DNA of 64,000 nucleotides. Source: Salinispira sp. GTDB lineage: Bacteria > Spirochaetota > Spirochaetia > DSM-27196 > Salinispiraceae. The stretch is from NCBI GenBank assembly GCA_965602015.1, contig OZ271918.1:3584001-3648000 (forward strand), written 5' to 3'. The notes below the pieces were generated by a model. The model had not been told where the DNA came from. It worked only from the letters and a program-made list of their open reading frames with translations, and did no database searches. Shown here piece by piece: positions 40,793-50,695 of this stretch; within the stretch, counting starts at the first letter, position 1; each line of letters starts with the position of its first letter. Both the position numbers and the translations under genes were made by a program.

Positions 40793-42097
40793 ATGTATCC
40801 AACAATATGGAAATTCATTGGTCAGTTGGCCATCTTCTTTGTTTATGATCTGATAAATGAGAAAAAGGATAAAGACCGAATCCAACAACTCGTAGATAGG
40901 TTGAGAGATGAGGATGGCAACTTAAGGCATGATGTCGATGAAATACTTGAATCGTATGGCGAGTACTTGCTTGAGACATTTCAAAGCAATGAAATAGCAG
41001 CATTATTTAACCGGTTATTTTACGCCCAGACCGAATTATATCGAAAGCTTATAATGGACCAGCCTTCGTACTTGAGTAACATCAATGCTGAGCATGGGTT
41101 CTGGTCCCAGTACGTTATTTTCTTTCTTGGGTTTTGTATTCAATCAATCTTTCCTTGGATGGACGAGCACGAGCTATATGTTCCTGATGAGATATTCTCT
41201 ATCTTGTTTCCATTTATGGAGAAAAAGCAGACATCATCCTTCAATGAAATGATTAATTGGCTCATTCGTGAACATGGAAACAACAAACGGCAGTTTGCAT
41301 TAACTTTGGCACCTGATGATGAGCAGGTTGATTCATATGTGAAGAAGGTGCAGCGTTGGAGTACACGGCGATCAGTCCCAAATTTCATAGAAGTAAACAG
41401 TATCTTAAAACCAATCTGGGACAAATATGATGACTCAAAATTCGCAACAGGACTCCAGATATGTTTGTACTTAAGTATTGCGATTTCCAAGCAGCAGAAA
41501 GAATTTATAACACAGGAAATGGGATTAGAAATAAAAGCTGCTGTGATCGACCAGAGCTTCGGAATGCTTAGTGATGAAATGAATAAGAAAGCTCTTGAGC
41601 AGCAAAAGCAATTCGAGATTTATCAAGAGCAGGTATTCCAGCCTGTATATTCTCTTCTGGAGGATGTCAAAAAACAAAGCAGTTCTTTTGCTGAATTAGC
41701 TCAAGAAATATCTGCATATTGCGATTCGCATGAGCAGTATATCCAAGATTTTAATGCACAACCGCTCATCTCTTTTTTACAGGGGAGAATGCTCTATATG
41801 CAAAATAAATATTCTGAAGCACTTCCATTTTATCAGGATGCATATGACCTCGGTAGATATCGTATAGGTCGGAAGATTAAGGTTGTCATCTATGAATTCA
41901 TGCATTGTTGCAGAAAAATTGAAGATATACGTACCTTTACTCGGTTGTATGATTGGTCGAGCTACATCCTTGGTCAGCAATATAAGGATGCTCTTCAGAC
42001 AAGGGTAAAAAGTGTAGATGAGGTCTGGTCTGATTTTGATCATGATGAAAAACAGTTTGTGTTCATCAACCACCAGACGGGGACTATCTACTCGTAA
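40793..42097 (+). CDS. Hypothetical helical protein with TPR-like C-terminal segment
   Basis: FLQGRMLYMQNKYSEALPFYQDAY TPR-like repeat. Confidence 0.7.
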   Translation: MYPTIWKFIGQLAIFFVYDLINEKKDKDRIQQLVDRLRDEDGNLRHDVDEILESYGEYLLETFQSNEIAALFNRLFYAQTELYRKLIMDQPSYLSNINAEHGFWSQYVIFFLGFCIQSIFPWMDEHELYVPDEIFSILFPFMEKKQTSSFNEMINWLIREHGNNKRQFALTLAPDDEQVDSYVKKVQRWSTRRSVPNFIEVNSILKPIWDKYDDSKFATGLQICLYLSIAISKQQKEFITQEMGLEIKAAVIDQSFGMLSDEMNKKALEQQKQFEIYQEQVFQPVYSLLEDVKKQSSSFAELAQEISAYCDSHEQYIQDFNAQPLISFLQGRMLYMQNKYSEALPFYQDAYDLGRYRIGRKIKVVIYEFMHCCRKIEDIRTFTRLYDWSSYILGQQYKDALQTRVKSVDEVWSDFDHDEKQFVFINHQTGTIYS

Positions 42098-42150
42098 ACA
42101 GTAATTTCAATATTTTGATTATCTCTCAAATCTTTTTAGGAGGGACAGGT

Positions 42151-42441
42151 ATGTTCGGAAATAATTCCATCCACAATCAAGGTCTTATCTATACGAATCA
42201 CGCTGTCGCAAGAATTAATCAAAGACATATCACACGAGAAGCTGTCGAATTCACCAGGAAATATGGAACGGAAATAGAAAATGATGGCGCTCACAAAGTC
42301 ATGATTGACTATGATGCCTGCTTAGCTGCAGAAGGTGATGGGGTTAATCTCTATCCATACTATGCAACGACAATTGTTGTCTCAGAGGATTATGTGCTGA
42401 AGACTGCATATTTGAAGGAGTCTGAGCTGCTGAGTTCATGA
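42151..42441 (+). CDS. DUF4258-like small protein
   Basis: YTNHAVARINQRHIT; AGGAGG RBS before ATG 42151. Confidence 0.6.
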   Translation: MFGNNSIHNQGLIYTNHAVARINQRHITREAVEFTRKYGTEIENDGAHKVMIDYDACLAAEGDGVNLYPYYATTIVVSEDYVLKTAYLKESELLSS

Positions 42442-42491
42442 GATAGAAGGGAATGATTTATTAGTACGAACTCAGTACAATAGTATTCATC

Positions 42492-43085
42492 ATGACCATC
42501 CCCAAAACCCCAAAAGGCATATCCAGCAAAATCACCAAAGTTCGCTCCCAGCTCTCAGCCTTTAAACGAGAATACGGCGGTCATGATGATTCTGGCGGTG
42601 CAAGGTACTACCTTGCCTATCTCTACTTTCTGCTGGGTGATAACCGCCGCTCATCTGAATATATGAGATGGTTTCAGAAAGAATTTCCAGATGATATGGG
42701 AGAGCCATTCCAGTTATTGTGCTGGACGATGATGTTGAAACGGGCTGGGAAGGATACTGATTTCGCTTTCGGCAAAATGATGCTCTCCAACATCTATCTC
42801 ATTCCATATGTCCTGGGTGAAGAAGTCGTTCGGAAGGATATGTCACACGGCTCGAACTGGAAGGAGCCATCATACCTGGACTATCTCCCTGAGCGGATTC
42901 TAAGTGAGATTACAGATGATGAGCTGGCTTGGTTGCGTGAGAGATTTGAGGCTGAGGTATTTCAGAAGATTCTGAATCGACACATCGAGATCGAAACTGA
43001 ATTGCAGAATACTCCAGTAGGTGATAAGCGGTCAGCATTGGTTCGTGAGTTGTATTCATTGTTGGATGTATTGAACGGCACATAA
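42492..43085 (+). CDS. Hypothetical protein
   Basis: Clean ORF; DDSGGARYYL...WFQKEFPDDMGEP. Confidence 0.7.
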   Translation: MTIPKTPKGISSKITKVRSQLSAFKREYGGHDDSGGARYYLAYLYFLLGDNRRSSEYMRWFQKEFPDDMGEPFQLLCWTMMLKRAGKDTDFAFGKMMLSNIYLIPYVLGEEVVRKDMSHGSNWKEPSYLDYLPERILSEITDDELAWLRERFEAEVFQKILNRHIEIETELQNTPVGDKRSALVRELYSLLDVLNGT

Positions 43086-43183
43086 CGGCAATTATGTGTT
43101 TTGGAAAACAGTTGGTTATGGAGTGCCTTTCGGTGATGCGGAGTAACGTGAGTAATGATTTGTATCCATGATCTCTGCTCTTA

Positions 43184-44311
43184 TCACCGTGTGGGACGGA
43201 GAATCTGTTCTAAGTAAAGTGACTTTCCTGTTTCATTCATATTTTCTGTACAATCATCTTGAGTTATAAATAGTATTAAATTCTTTTCTGGGTAATTTTT
43301 AACACTGCTGTATATGAACCCATCCAGCAAAGGTAATTCATTTCTTAACAAAGCTATAGCTATTTGGGTGGGGACATATTCAACATTGCCTGCGGCATAA
43401 TCTATTGGCTGAGAAACCATAGATGCGAGTGAGTTCAAAAATTTACACTCTTCAATGAGGGTTGCATTTTCACCGAATAATCCTGGGATCTGAATGTCTC
43501 CGGAAAGATCTGCAATATGAAGGGGCTTTTTTGTGGTGAATAGTCCTATTGTGACGAGTTCATCTTCTTTCACAACTTCAGAAATCGCAGTCTCTTGTAG
43601 GAAGGAACCGTAAAATACCGGAATACCAGCAGGTGAAAAACGATTATTAAATTTGCAGTACTCTTTAGGTGGTGGTCCAATTGAGGATATCGAATCAACA
43701 ATTTTATTCTTTTGGTGTGACCTCGCTCGATATAATACTGTGTCCACAGGTAATTCCGAGATTCTGTTATTTTGCAATAGAATGGTTTTTATCCGTTTGA
43801 AAAGAGTTTGCGGATCGACCACCTGAGGTTCCCAGAAATTGAAATCGACATTTTTCAATAAGAAGTCATATCGGGATACATGTTTTACGTAGTCTGAAAA
43901 TTCCTGCCATGAAAGCGCAAGGGCATCGCTGTCACTGTGATAGTAATTAGTCTCTTTAAACCATTGGAGTTCTCTTGTCTCTTCAACGAAATATTCAGCG
44001 AAACCTTCCGATGATGATGGAAAATCGAATTCCATTAGAAGTTCATCAGAATTGAGTACCTGGCTCCAGCCATAATCGTCACTCGAGAATAAGAGTTCAC
44101 CTGGATCGATGTATAGTCTCCTAAGACCAACAACAATTTGATCAATTATTTTCTCAGCATCGGCTGATATGTATCTTTCAGAAGTGGCTTTGCAGAAATC
44201 ACACACATTATTTTCAAGATTGTCCTGAACGATAGCTTGAAGATCTTGATCAGTGAGGCAATCTTTACAAATCCACTTAGTCACTACTGAACTTCCTGCT
44301 TTGCATGACAA
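43184..44311 (-). CDS. RES domain protein with Zn-binding / HEPN-associated N-terminal domain
   Basis: ICKDC..D...CDFC; LYRAR, GPPP, NRFSPAGIPVFYGS, TAISEV, YVPTQ, DGFIYSS. Confidence 0.88.
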   Translation of the reverse strand: MSCKAGSSVVTKWICKDCLTDQDLQAIVQDNLENNVCDFCKATSERYISADAEKIIDQIVVGLRRLYIDPGELLFSSDDYGWSQVLNSDELLMEFDFPSSSEGFAEYFVEETRELQWFKETNYYHSDSDALALSWQEFSDYVKHVSRYDFLLKNVDFNFWEPQVVDPQTLFKRIKTILLQNNRISELPVDTVLYRARSHQKNKIVDSISSIGPPPKEYCKFNNRFSPAGIPVFYGSFLQETAISEVVKEDELVTIGLFTTKKPLHIADLSGDIQIPGLFGENATLIEECKFLNSLASMVSQPIDYAAGNVEYVPTQIAIALLRNELPLLDGFIYSSVKNYPEKNLILFITQDDCTENMNETGKSLYLEQILRPTR

Positions 44312-44379
44312 ATTCTCTCTTTATTACTCTGAGCATTTATTGGCATGCTGCATCTGATTTCCAATTATCCAATTTCGAA

Positions 44380-44766
44380 TTACTGTACTGCTTCAATCCT
44401 ACCTGAAACAGGTAGTCGGAATGACCTATTTTTCCGATATGACTTTTTAATATCCGGCCAGCGTTTTATAAATTTCCATGCAAGTTCCCATAATGGTTGG
44501 TTATTCCAAGACTTTTGCATGAAAAATACAGACAACTTTGTTTCATACCAAAGTTTTTGCTCTGCTGGGTTTCTTAATATTTTACGATCCTTAGTGATCA
44601 TGAAACAATCATCAAGTTTTGAAAGTGTTTGTATCCATTCTGTATCTGGTGTTCCCTTCGGGAACATATCTAAGATATGCCTCACCTCAATTCCGTTAGG
44701 TCCTTCGAGCTCGGTAAGAACCCGTGCGAATTTTTTAGGTAGGTTTTCATCAAGGACGCAAATCAT
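44380..44766 (-). CDS. PIN-like toxin (VapC45-type)
   Basis: LDENLP, GTPDTEWI, ITKDRKILRNPAE. Confidence 0.85.
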   Translation of the reverse strand: MICVLDENLPKKFARVLTELEGPNGIEVRHILDMFPKGTPDTEWIQTLSKLDDCFMITKDRKILRNPAEQKLWYETKLSVFFMQKSWNNQPLWELAWKFIKRWPDIKKSYRKNRSFRLPVSGRIEAVQ

Positions 44767-45440
44767 GCAGCCAGTTTTTCTTCGAAATCAATTGCAAGTT
44801 TTATACTCTGAGCGCTGATTTCATACCAGTTAACGATATCCTCTATTGAGTGTCCAGACTTATAGAGGTCATAGATGACATCTGTGGACATGTTGGCTTC
44901 ATCGACAATAGGTCGACCAAAATGCCTATTGGGATCGATCACTATTCCTCCGCTTTTACCACGAGGCCACCAACGCTGTGCAATATCAAATGAATTGAAA
45001 TCCAATGTTTCAGATAGCGTAGGTAGTACAATATCAACAATTTGAAATTGTTCCTTGATAAGGTCCAGGAGATCAGATTCACCTGTGCTATTCGCCAGTT
45101 CAGCAAATATAGCCTTCCCATCTGTATATAGTTTTTTCATTGCGAATGGGTGATCTGCACCAAGGATCCTACTCGCGCCATTGATTGCTTTGCGTATGGT
45201 TTGAATGCTCACGCCTTCATCATTGAAAGCTTTGATAAAGAGTACCTCAATGAGGTCAATGAAGCTGAGAGCGTGTAGATTCTTGTCATCAGAATATGAA
45301 TTATTGAATACGGGCGGAACTATTTGTTCTGTTTCTTTTCGTGAATAACCTTCGGTCCAGCGACGGATTTTTCCGACACTGATTCCGGCTAAATGAGATG
45401 CTTCTCTGTATGTATAAACACCATTTCCAATTAACGTCAT
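44763..45440 (-). CDS. HTH plus DUF433 antitoxin (VapB45-type)
   Basis: GVYT..EA..L, LSFIDLIEV, IVIDPNRHFGRPIV...SIEDIVNWYEIS. Confidence 0.88.
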   Translation of the reverse strand: MTLIGNGVYTYREASHLAGISVGKIRRWTEGYSRKETEQIVPPVFNNSYSDDKNLHALSFIDLIEVLFIKAFNDEGVSIQTIRKAINGASRILGADHPFAMKKLYTDGKAIFAELANSTGESDLLDLIKEQFQIVDIVLPTLSETLDFNSFDIAQRWWPRGKSGGIVIDPNRHFGRPIVDEANMSTDVIYDLYKSGHSIEDIVNWYEISAQSIKLAIDFEEKLAA

Positions 45441-45579
45441 GGTAATTACCTCGGTGACTTTTTGCTCTGTGTTGATCTAAAAATTATACACACATTAGAG
45501 TGAATCGTATATCTGATTAAGCAGGAACCATAATGGGTATTATGTGTCACAGGGGACTCAAGTTATGAAGTAGAAAAAG

Positions 45580-46239
45580 GTGCTTTTCTGCCTACAATCC
45601 TGCCATTTTGATACACTGAAATTTATGAGTTGGATCATTGAACAAGCTGGAAAGCAAGATGAGAGGAAGAGCAGAATCATTCTTGAGAATCCTTTATTGG
45701 TTGAGCGGTTGGATAGCGTATTAGCAGATGAATACTATCCATCTATCAGAAATGAAATGGAGGATGTTCTCTATCCCTTTGAACCAGATGGAAGTGAGCT
45801 CCACCTTGAGTCTTCTTTTTTCACCCCTACTGAACTTGGAAGAACACTGACATTTATGCTCTTTGATGAGAGAGGATTTCTCTTCTTTCGTGGACGTTTA
45901 ACCGTAGGTGCATCCGGTTTTATGCTCAACCGTACATTTTTTCTCGACCTTCCACAGGATACAAAACCAGCGCATCTCTTCCGCATTTTAAAGGATGAAC
46001 GCTTTTCTGCCATGCCACCGACATTAGAAATACAGAATAATCAATTCATTATTTCTTTCGAGGCTGGTGATGGTTTTGAGTTTTCTGGCTGGTCACTGAA
46101 TGAAATGGCAAAGACCAATATCTCATCAGTTATCCAGGATAATGTTGCCATGTACGAGAACAGCATTGATGGATTTTCAAGCATGGATGATGTTAAGCGG
46201 TTCTTGAAGGTTGCGTTTCGGTCTTATGGCGCAGAGTAG
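45580..46239 (+). CDS. Hypothetical protein (start probably ~45625)
   Basis: Clean ORF followed by a terminator. Confidence 0.65.
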   Translation: MLFCLQSCHFDTLKFMSWIIEQAGKQDERKSRIILENPLLVERLDSVLADEYYPSIRNEMEDVLYPFEPDGSELHLESSFFTPTELGRTLTFMLFDERGFLFFRGRLTVGASGFMLNRTFFLDLPQDTKPAHLFRILKDERFSAMPPTLEIQNNQFIISFEAGDGFEFSGWSLNEMAKTNISSVIQDNVAMYENSIDGFSSMDDVKRFLKVAFRSYGAE

Positions 46240-46251
46240 TGAACTGGATAT

Positions 46252-46280
46252 AAAAAAAGAGTTCGCGTTTGCGAACTCTT
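46252..46280. terminator. Intrinsic terminator between convergent genes
   Basis: AAGAGTTCGC-GTTT-GCGAACTCTT with an A-run on the left. Confidence 0.75.
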
Positions 46281-46323
46281 GATGACTGAATAATAACAGA
46301 TTTAGATTTTCTTGTCAAATGCC

Positions 46324-46524
46324 TTAATCATCTTCAACCTTAAATCCAAAATCACCCCATTGGATTTCTCCCTCATCAATGTCCCACGTCTCATCAATTC
46401 CTTCACAATCATTGATAAGCTGTTCAGCGATTTCTTTCGCCTCAGCTTCTGACTCAGCTTCAATTTCAAAAACCTTTGAGTAGGTTTTTACTACACCAAA
46501 ATACGCATTTACATTGTACTTCAT
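46324..46524 (-). CDS. Small acidic protein (DpnD/PcfM-like)
   Basis: AAGGAG RBS; KVFEIEAESEAEAKEIAE. Confidence 0.7.
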   Translation of the reverse strand: MKYNVNAYFGVVKTYSKVFEIEAESEAEAKEIAEQLINDCEGIDETWDIDEGEIQWGDFGFKVEDD

Positions 46525-46599
46525 CGTTAATACTCCTTATTCCTGGTTCGATTTCAGATCACATTGCGGAGCCCCCCGAGGGGCTCCCACAAATCACTT

Positions 46600-47043
46600 C
46601 TATGCGGCTACACGTTGAATCCTTTTAATAATCGAAGAAGGACCGACTGTTATATCGATTCCAGTGTCAACTCCTCGCAATGTTATGCAATCATCACCAC
46701 GGGTCTTGGCAATCAGAAACTGATTGACTATGTTCTCGTTTGTATAGTCACCACAAGGTGAATGAAAGTCCTTGCTTCTAATGCCATGCACCTGTTCAAA
46801 CCAAAGCTGCATGGCTTTCGATTTGACTTTCTTCATCTCTTCAATGAGAGTTGCTCTGGTTGCATAAGAGACTATGAGTGTTTCGCACGTATTACTAAGA
46901 ACGGTATAGTCTTCATAGGGAAGGTCTTTCCCAGTCCAATTAGTCAAACTCGCTATAGGCTCATTCTCCTGTCTTCTCCCTTTCAGTGATTCCCGATACG
47001 CCTTCTCTTTCAAAGGATTTCCGTACTTGCGCTTCTTACCCAT
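46600..47043 (-). CDS. Hypothetical protein
   Basis: GAGGTG RBS; ends QRVAA. Confidence 0.75.
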   Translation of the reverse strand: MGKKRKYGNPLKEKAYRESLKGRRQENEPIASLTNWTGKDLPYEDYTVLSNTCETLIVSYATRATLIEEMKKVKSKAMQLWFEQVHGIRSKDFHSPCGDYTNENIVNQFLIAKTRGDDCITLRGVDTGIDITVGPSSIIKRIQRVAA

Positions 47044-47205
47044 ACAAACACCTCACTATAAGTTTTGTATTCATATATGCACCGGAAGGCACACATTTTT
47101 GAAATTCATAAGGAAACTTATGAAATACATACCACCGACTTATTGTTTTCGTTCAGAAATAACTTGGATGACCCCGGCAGCGGGTAATTGCGAGATTCTT
47201 CATGA

Positions 47206-47430
47206 TTACGCAGCCACCTGACTGGTAGCAGGATCATCGGGATCAAAATCCCAGCTGTAGCTGGGGAAGGGGATGATGTCGATTTCTGCATCCATCTCGG
47301 CTTCAACTAAATGAAGATCATCGAGGAATGCAGAGCTGTACTCTTTTTCAAGCCAGGGGGCAGAGGCATACTCGGCTGCCAGAATGGCTTCGAGTTCCTT
47401 GTTGGTGATTCCATGGGTAATCAGGGTCAT
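47206..47430 (-). CDS. Small acidic hypothetical protein
   Basis: GGAGGA RBS; ends SQVAA. Confidence 0.7.
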   Translation of the reverse strand: MTLITHGITNKELEAILAAEYASAPWLEKEYSSAFLDDLHLVEAEMDAEIDIIPFPSYSWDFDPDDPATSQVAA

Positions 47431-47469
47431 ATCGTCCTCCTCTACAGACGTCCGTTTGTTGGTTCCGCT

Positions 47470-47647
47470 TATATGAACGAAATATAGAAACCGGAAACAT
47501 TGCCGGTTTTTTTCGCTTGAAGCAGGTCAGCAAGCGATTCTTGCTGACGGTTATATGGACGAAAATTCTGGAGGCTTTTTGGGAAGAAATTCAGAAATGT
47601 TTCTGAATTATTCTCCTCACTTCCATCCATACGCTTATATGAACGAA
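47470..47647 (-). promoter_or_regulatory. Three copies of the TTCGTYCATATA motif
   Basis: Plus-strand TATATGAACGAAA 47470, TATATGGACGAAA 47552, TATATGAACGAA 47636. Confidence 0.7.
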
Positions 47648-47673
47648 GGCAAGGAGTGGTATGTAAAAAGAAA

Positions 47674-48582
47674 CTACAAGATTTGTGTATCTTCGGGGGT
47701 CAAAGATGCATGGGAATACACATCCAAGGTTGTCTTTACCGACGCATGTCCCAGATATTTGCTAACTGCTTTGATGTCCTTCTTCTGGTGGACGATGGAT
47801 TCTGTTGCAAACCAGTGTCTGAGCTGGTGGTTGCCGACTCCCTCACGGTGAGCATAGCGGGAGAACGCCTTTCTCACTTGGCGGTAGAGGTTGGTCCGGC
47901 TGAGTTTTTCTCCAGACTTGGACGCAAAGAGGTAAATGGAATCTGAGTCGAAAGTATTCTTAACCTCCTGATAGAGGTCATAGGAGAGAAACACAAACCT
48001 GATTTTTCCCCCTTTCCCAGTTAATTTGATGCGGAGGAAATTGGAATCGAACGCTTCAATGTCAGATTTTTTAATCGACAGCATTTCACTGACCCTCATT
48101 CCGGTTTGAGCCATTACCTTAACCGGGATAGCGGTACGTGGTCGGGCATTGGCACAGACAGCTTCAACATCATGGCGGGTGATGACATCCTTAACATGAG
48201 TGGGGACGGGTTTATAGATCCGGGTTGTGGCGGAGAGTGTTTGAACTGGATTTGCTTGAAGTACGCCGAGCCGTATGAGGATGCTTATCACCTTGCTCAA
48301 AGATGCCAGCTTTCGGTTGATAGAGCTCGGGGCGTACTGCCTCTGCTCCAGGAATGAGATGTATCTGAGCACATCATCTTCTGTCATCTGCTCAAAGTTC
48401 TTGTGACTGAATGAGTACCAGGTGTTCATATCGGCTTTATAACTTCGAACCGTTGCTGGTGACGAAGTAGACAAATAGCGCTCTACGGCAAGAGAGATAT
48501 CGTCTTCTCTATTTATATAGGATGGTTTTGCTGGAGTCTTATCTTCATGCTCTTCGGGGAGTGGGATTACATACTGGCTCAT
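47674..48582 (-). CDS. Tyrosine recombinase (XerC/D-like)
   Basis: TGMRVSE, GKGGKIR, HQLRHWFAT, YLGHASVKTTLDVYSH. Confidence 0.95.
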   Translation of the reverse strand: MSQYVIPLPEEHEDKTPAKPSYINREDDISLAVERYLSTSSPATVRSYKADMNTWYSFSHKNFEQMTEDDVLRYISFLEQRQYAPSSINRKLASLSKVISILIRLGVLQANPVQTLSATTRIYKPVPTHVKDVITRHDVEAVCANARPRTAIPVKVMAQTGMRVSEMLSIKKSDIEAFDSNFLRIKLTGKGGKIRFVFLSYDLYQEVKNTFDSDSIYLFASKSGEKLSRTNLYRQVRKAFSRYAHREGVGNHQLRHWFATESIVHQKKDIKAVSKYLGHASVKTTLDVYSHASLTPEDTQIL

Positions 48583-48622
48583 AACGCCTCCTTCTTATGT
48601 AGTAGAATTCTACCAAGCGTGA

Positions 48623-49195
48623 TTAATCCTCCAAAATCAACAGGTATTTTGCGGACTCCGCGACAAAAACTTGAAACGCTGTTTTTCCGTCTGGTTCATA
48701 CCAGAGGTGATAGAGATATGAGGCTGCGTCTTGTAAAGGGGACATGTCATCACTGGATTCATCCTCGATGATTGTGACCCCCTCAGCGGTAAAAACTTTG
48801 AGCATATTGCAGCTCTTGAATCGGGTCCCGCTATCTATCAAGTAAAAGAAATAGATGCCAACTGAAGCCTCGAATTTTCTAACCTCTTCTTTTATCTGCT
48901 CTTCCAGCCAAGGCATCTCAGCAATCTTAATCGGGGATTCTGTCTCGATGTCGATACGGATCAGGTTATATCGGTCTTTCACGATAATTTCACTCATGTC
49001 TTCACCATCTGGATTGCGTTTCTCGACCTCCTCAAAGAGGTGTGCCAACAATGCATCGTGTTGTCCTCTGACACCGACAATCTTGACACTTTCTGGGGTT
49101 CTGAATGAGAGCATATTTTCAGCAAGTTCATAATAGAAATCAGACCGGTAGTATTTAGAGACAATCATGATGGGTATGTAGATAACTTGTGTCAT
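48623..49195 (-). CDS. Hypothetical protein
   Basis: GGGAGG RBS, overlaps upstream stop. Confidence 0.7.
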   Translation of the reverse strand: MTQVIYIPIMIVSKYYRSDFYYELAENMLSFRTPESVKIVGVRGQHDALLAHLFEEVEKRNPDGEDMSEIIVKDRYNLIRIDIETESPIKIAEMPWLEEQIKEEVRKFEASVGIYFFYLIDSGTRFKSCNMLKVFTAEGVTIIEDESSDDMSPLQDAASYLYHLWYEPDGKTAFQVFVAESAKYLLILED

Positions 49196-49752
49196 ATAGC
49201 CCTCCCGGTGAGCATCCACTTTGCCACTTCAACCGTGTAGGATTCAGGAACATTCCCTGTTTCAAGGTATGACTCCAACAGGGTTGTATAATCCTGCAGA
49301 TGCTCGTAGGTGTAATTTTCAGTATCAGTATTGGTATTGAAGGTATGCATTTTGGCGAATTGCCGGATGCCGGATTCAGTGACGTAGTATTGAAGGCTGG
49401 CTATAAAGGAGAACTCCTCATGCAGGAGCTGAAAGATGAACTCAACATCAGGGAGAATCTGTTTTGACAAATCCCACTCAGATTCAATCTCAAGATGATA
49501 ATAGCCAGTTTCTAAATCAGCCCCCTTCTGCTTGAAATCACCCAGGGATTCAATCTGGTCTCCCAGGATGCGGGTGATAAAGCCAGTGACAACACTGTCA
49601 GTTTGATATGAGATTGATTTCAGCGTGCGTCCGGGCAGGAAATGATCTTTGGCACATGCCGCATACTCTGATATCACGAACTCATGAAAATGACTCTCAT
49701 CTCCGTGCTTTTGAATCGTGGTACATGTAGGGATATAAATGTTTGAAATCAT
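49192..49752 (-). CDS. Hypothetical protein
   Basis: Coupled by ATGA overlaps in operon. Confidence 0.7.
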   Translation of the reverse strand: MISNIYIPTCTTIQKHGDESHFHEFVISEYAACAKDHFLPGRTLKSISYQTDSVVTGFITRILGDQIESLGDFKQKGADLETGYYHLEIESEWDLSKQILPDVEFIFQLLHEEFSFIASLQYYVTESGIRQFAKMHTFNTNTDTENYTYEHLQDYTTLLESYLETGNVPESYTVEVAKWMLTGRAI

Positions 49753-50294
49753 AGCCGTACCACCTTTCCGGTAACCAGTGCCATCTTTGAAATATGAGCT
49801 ATATCGGATTCAGTATAAGGCGCAAGGTAGAAATGCCGGAAGAATAGATGAGGCTGCCCAGAAATAAGCCCATCCATGTTCAGATGGTCATCATCAGATA
49901 CTTTGCTTTTATAGAGGTTCCTGGACACCTGGTGGAATATTATCTCACCTCCATCCTGTACCAAATAGAAACAAGTCGCATGGATTGGTTCCTCACATTC
50001 TGAAACGCTACTGAGGAATATTTCATCAATGATGGGATTCACATGGAGCGGATTGTGCTGATATCTCAGCTGGAAGATGTGGGTACTGCATGATTTGCGG
50101 ACTAAATCTGACAGATCATGCATCTCAAAGAGGTAGGCAATGGAGACCGATGTCAGGTCACTTACTGCTTTTCTGATATAGGTAAAGCCAATCTCCTCTT
50201 TGTATTTTTTAAGACTGATATAGAATCTATTTCCCAGCTGATTACGGGGATGAGCGGTTCCTGCAAATGTGATGATGAACTGGTGATAGTGCAT
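49749..50294 (-). CDS. Hypothetical protein (start uncertain)
   Basis: Fills operon gap; MHYHQF start assumed. Confidence 0.6.
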   Translation of the reverse strand: MHYHQFIITFAGTAHPRNQLGNRFYISLKKYKEEIGFTYIRKAVSDLTSVSIAYLFEMHDLSDLVRKSCSTHIFQLRYQHNPLHVNPIIDEIFLSSVSECEEPIHATCFYLVQDGGEIIFHQVSRNLYKSKVSDDDHLNMDGLISGQPHLFFRHFYLAPYTESDIAHISKMALVTGKVVRL

Positions 50295-50335
50295 AATGCT
50301 TATCTTATGCGGTATGAGCAAAAACGTGCTGTTTC

Positions 50336-50695
50336 TCAGTCTTCTTCCGGTAACATTATTGTCAGGACAGGCGCCGGTGTATCCCCTGGACAAATGACAG
50401 CCTTTATCTTGGCCCGTTCTAATTTATCTTCTTCAACCTGGAAGAAGACCTCAAAGATGATTGTATCAGATTCGCTGCCCTTGGCTTCCAACCTGAGGAT
50501 GGTAAGCAGGTCCCATAATCTCCCGGTTTCATCTTGTCCAGGGATATCGCATGCAATCCATTGCTGGTAAAGATTGCTTGTGATAGCCACAGGTATTTTG
50601 AACCCGGCTTCTTGAGCAAGGGCAGATACATCAATGAGAACACCGTCCTCGATCGCTTGGGCCCTTGTATATGAATAGATAATATCCCAGTCCAT
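50336..50695 (-). CDS. DUF6573-like plasmid/ICE protein
   Basis: IYSYTRAQAIEDGVLIDVS..A.EAGFKIPVAIT...GQDETGRLWDLL...PVLTIMLPEED. Confidence 0.8.
   Translation of the reverse strand: MDWDIIYSYTRAQAIEDGVLIDVSALAQEAGFKIPVAITSNLYQQWIACDIPGQDETGRLWDLLTILRLEAKGSESDTIIFEVFFQVEEDKLERAKIKAVICPGDTPAPVLTIMLPEED

Noticed and set aside
43080..43121. CATAAC...GTTATG after ORF 42492 as attC
   Set aside because: About 42 bp, too short, and no matching core before the gene
47674..48582. This recombinase as the tRNA-Leu integrase
   Set aside because: 302 aa, Xer-like, no evident arm-binding domain, far from any att core and in the par operon; more likely a resolvase
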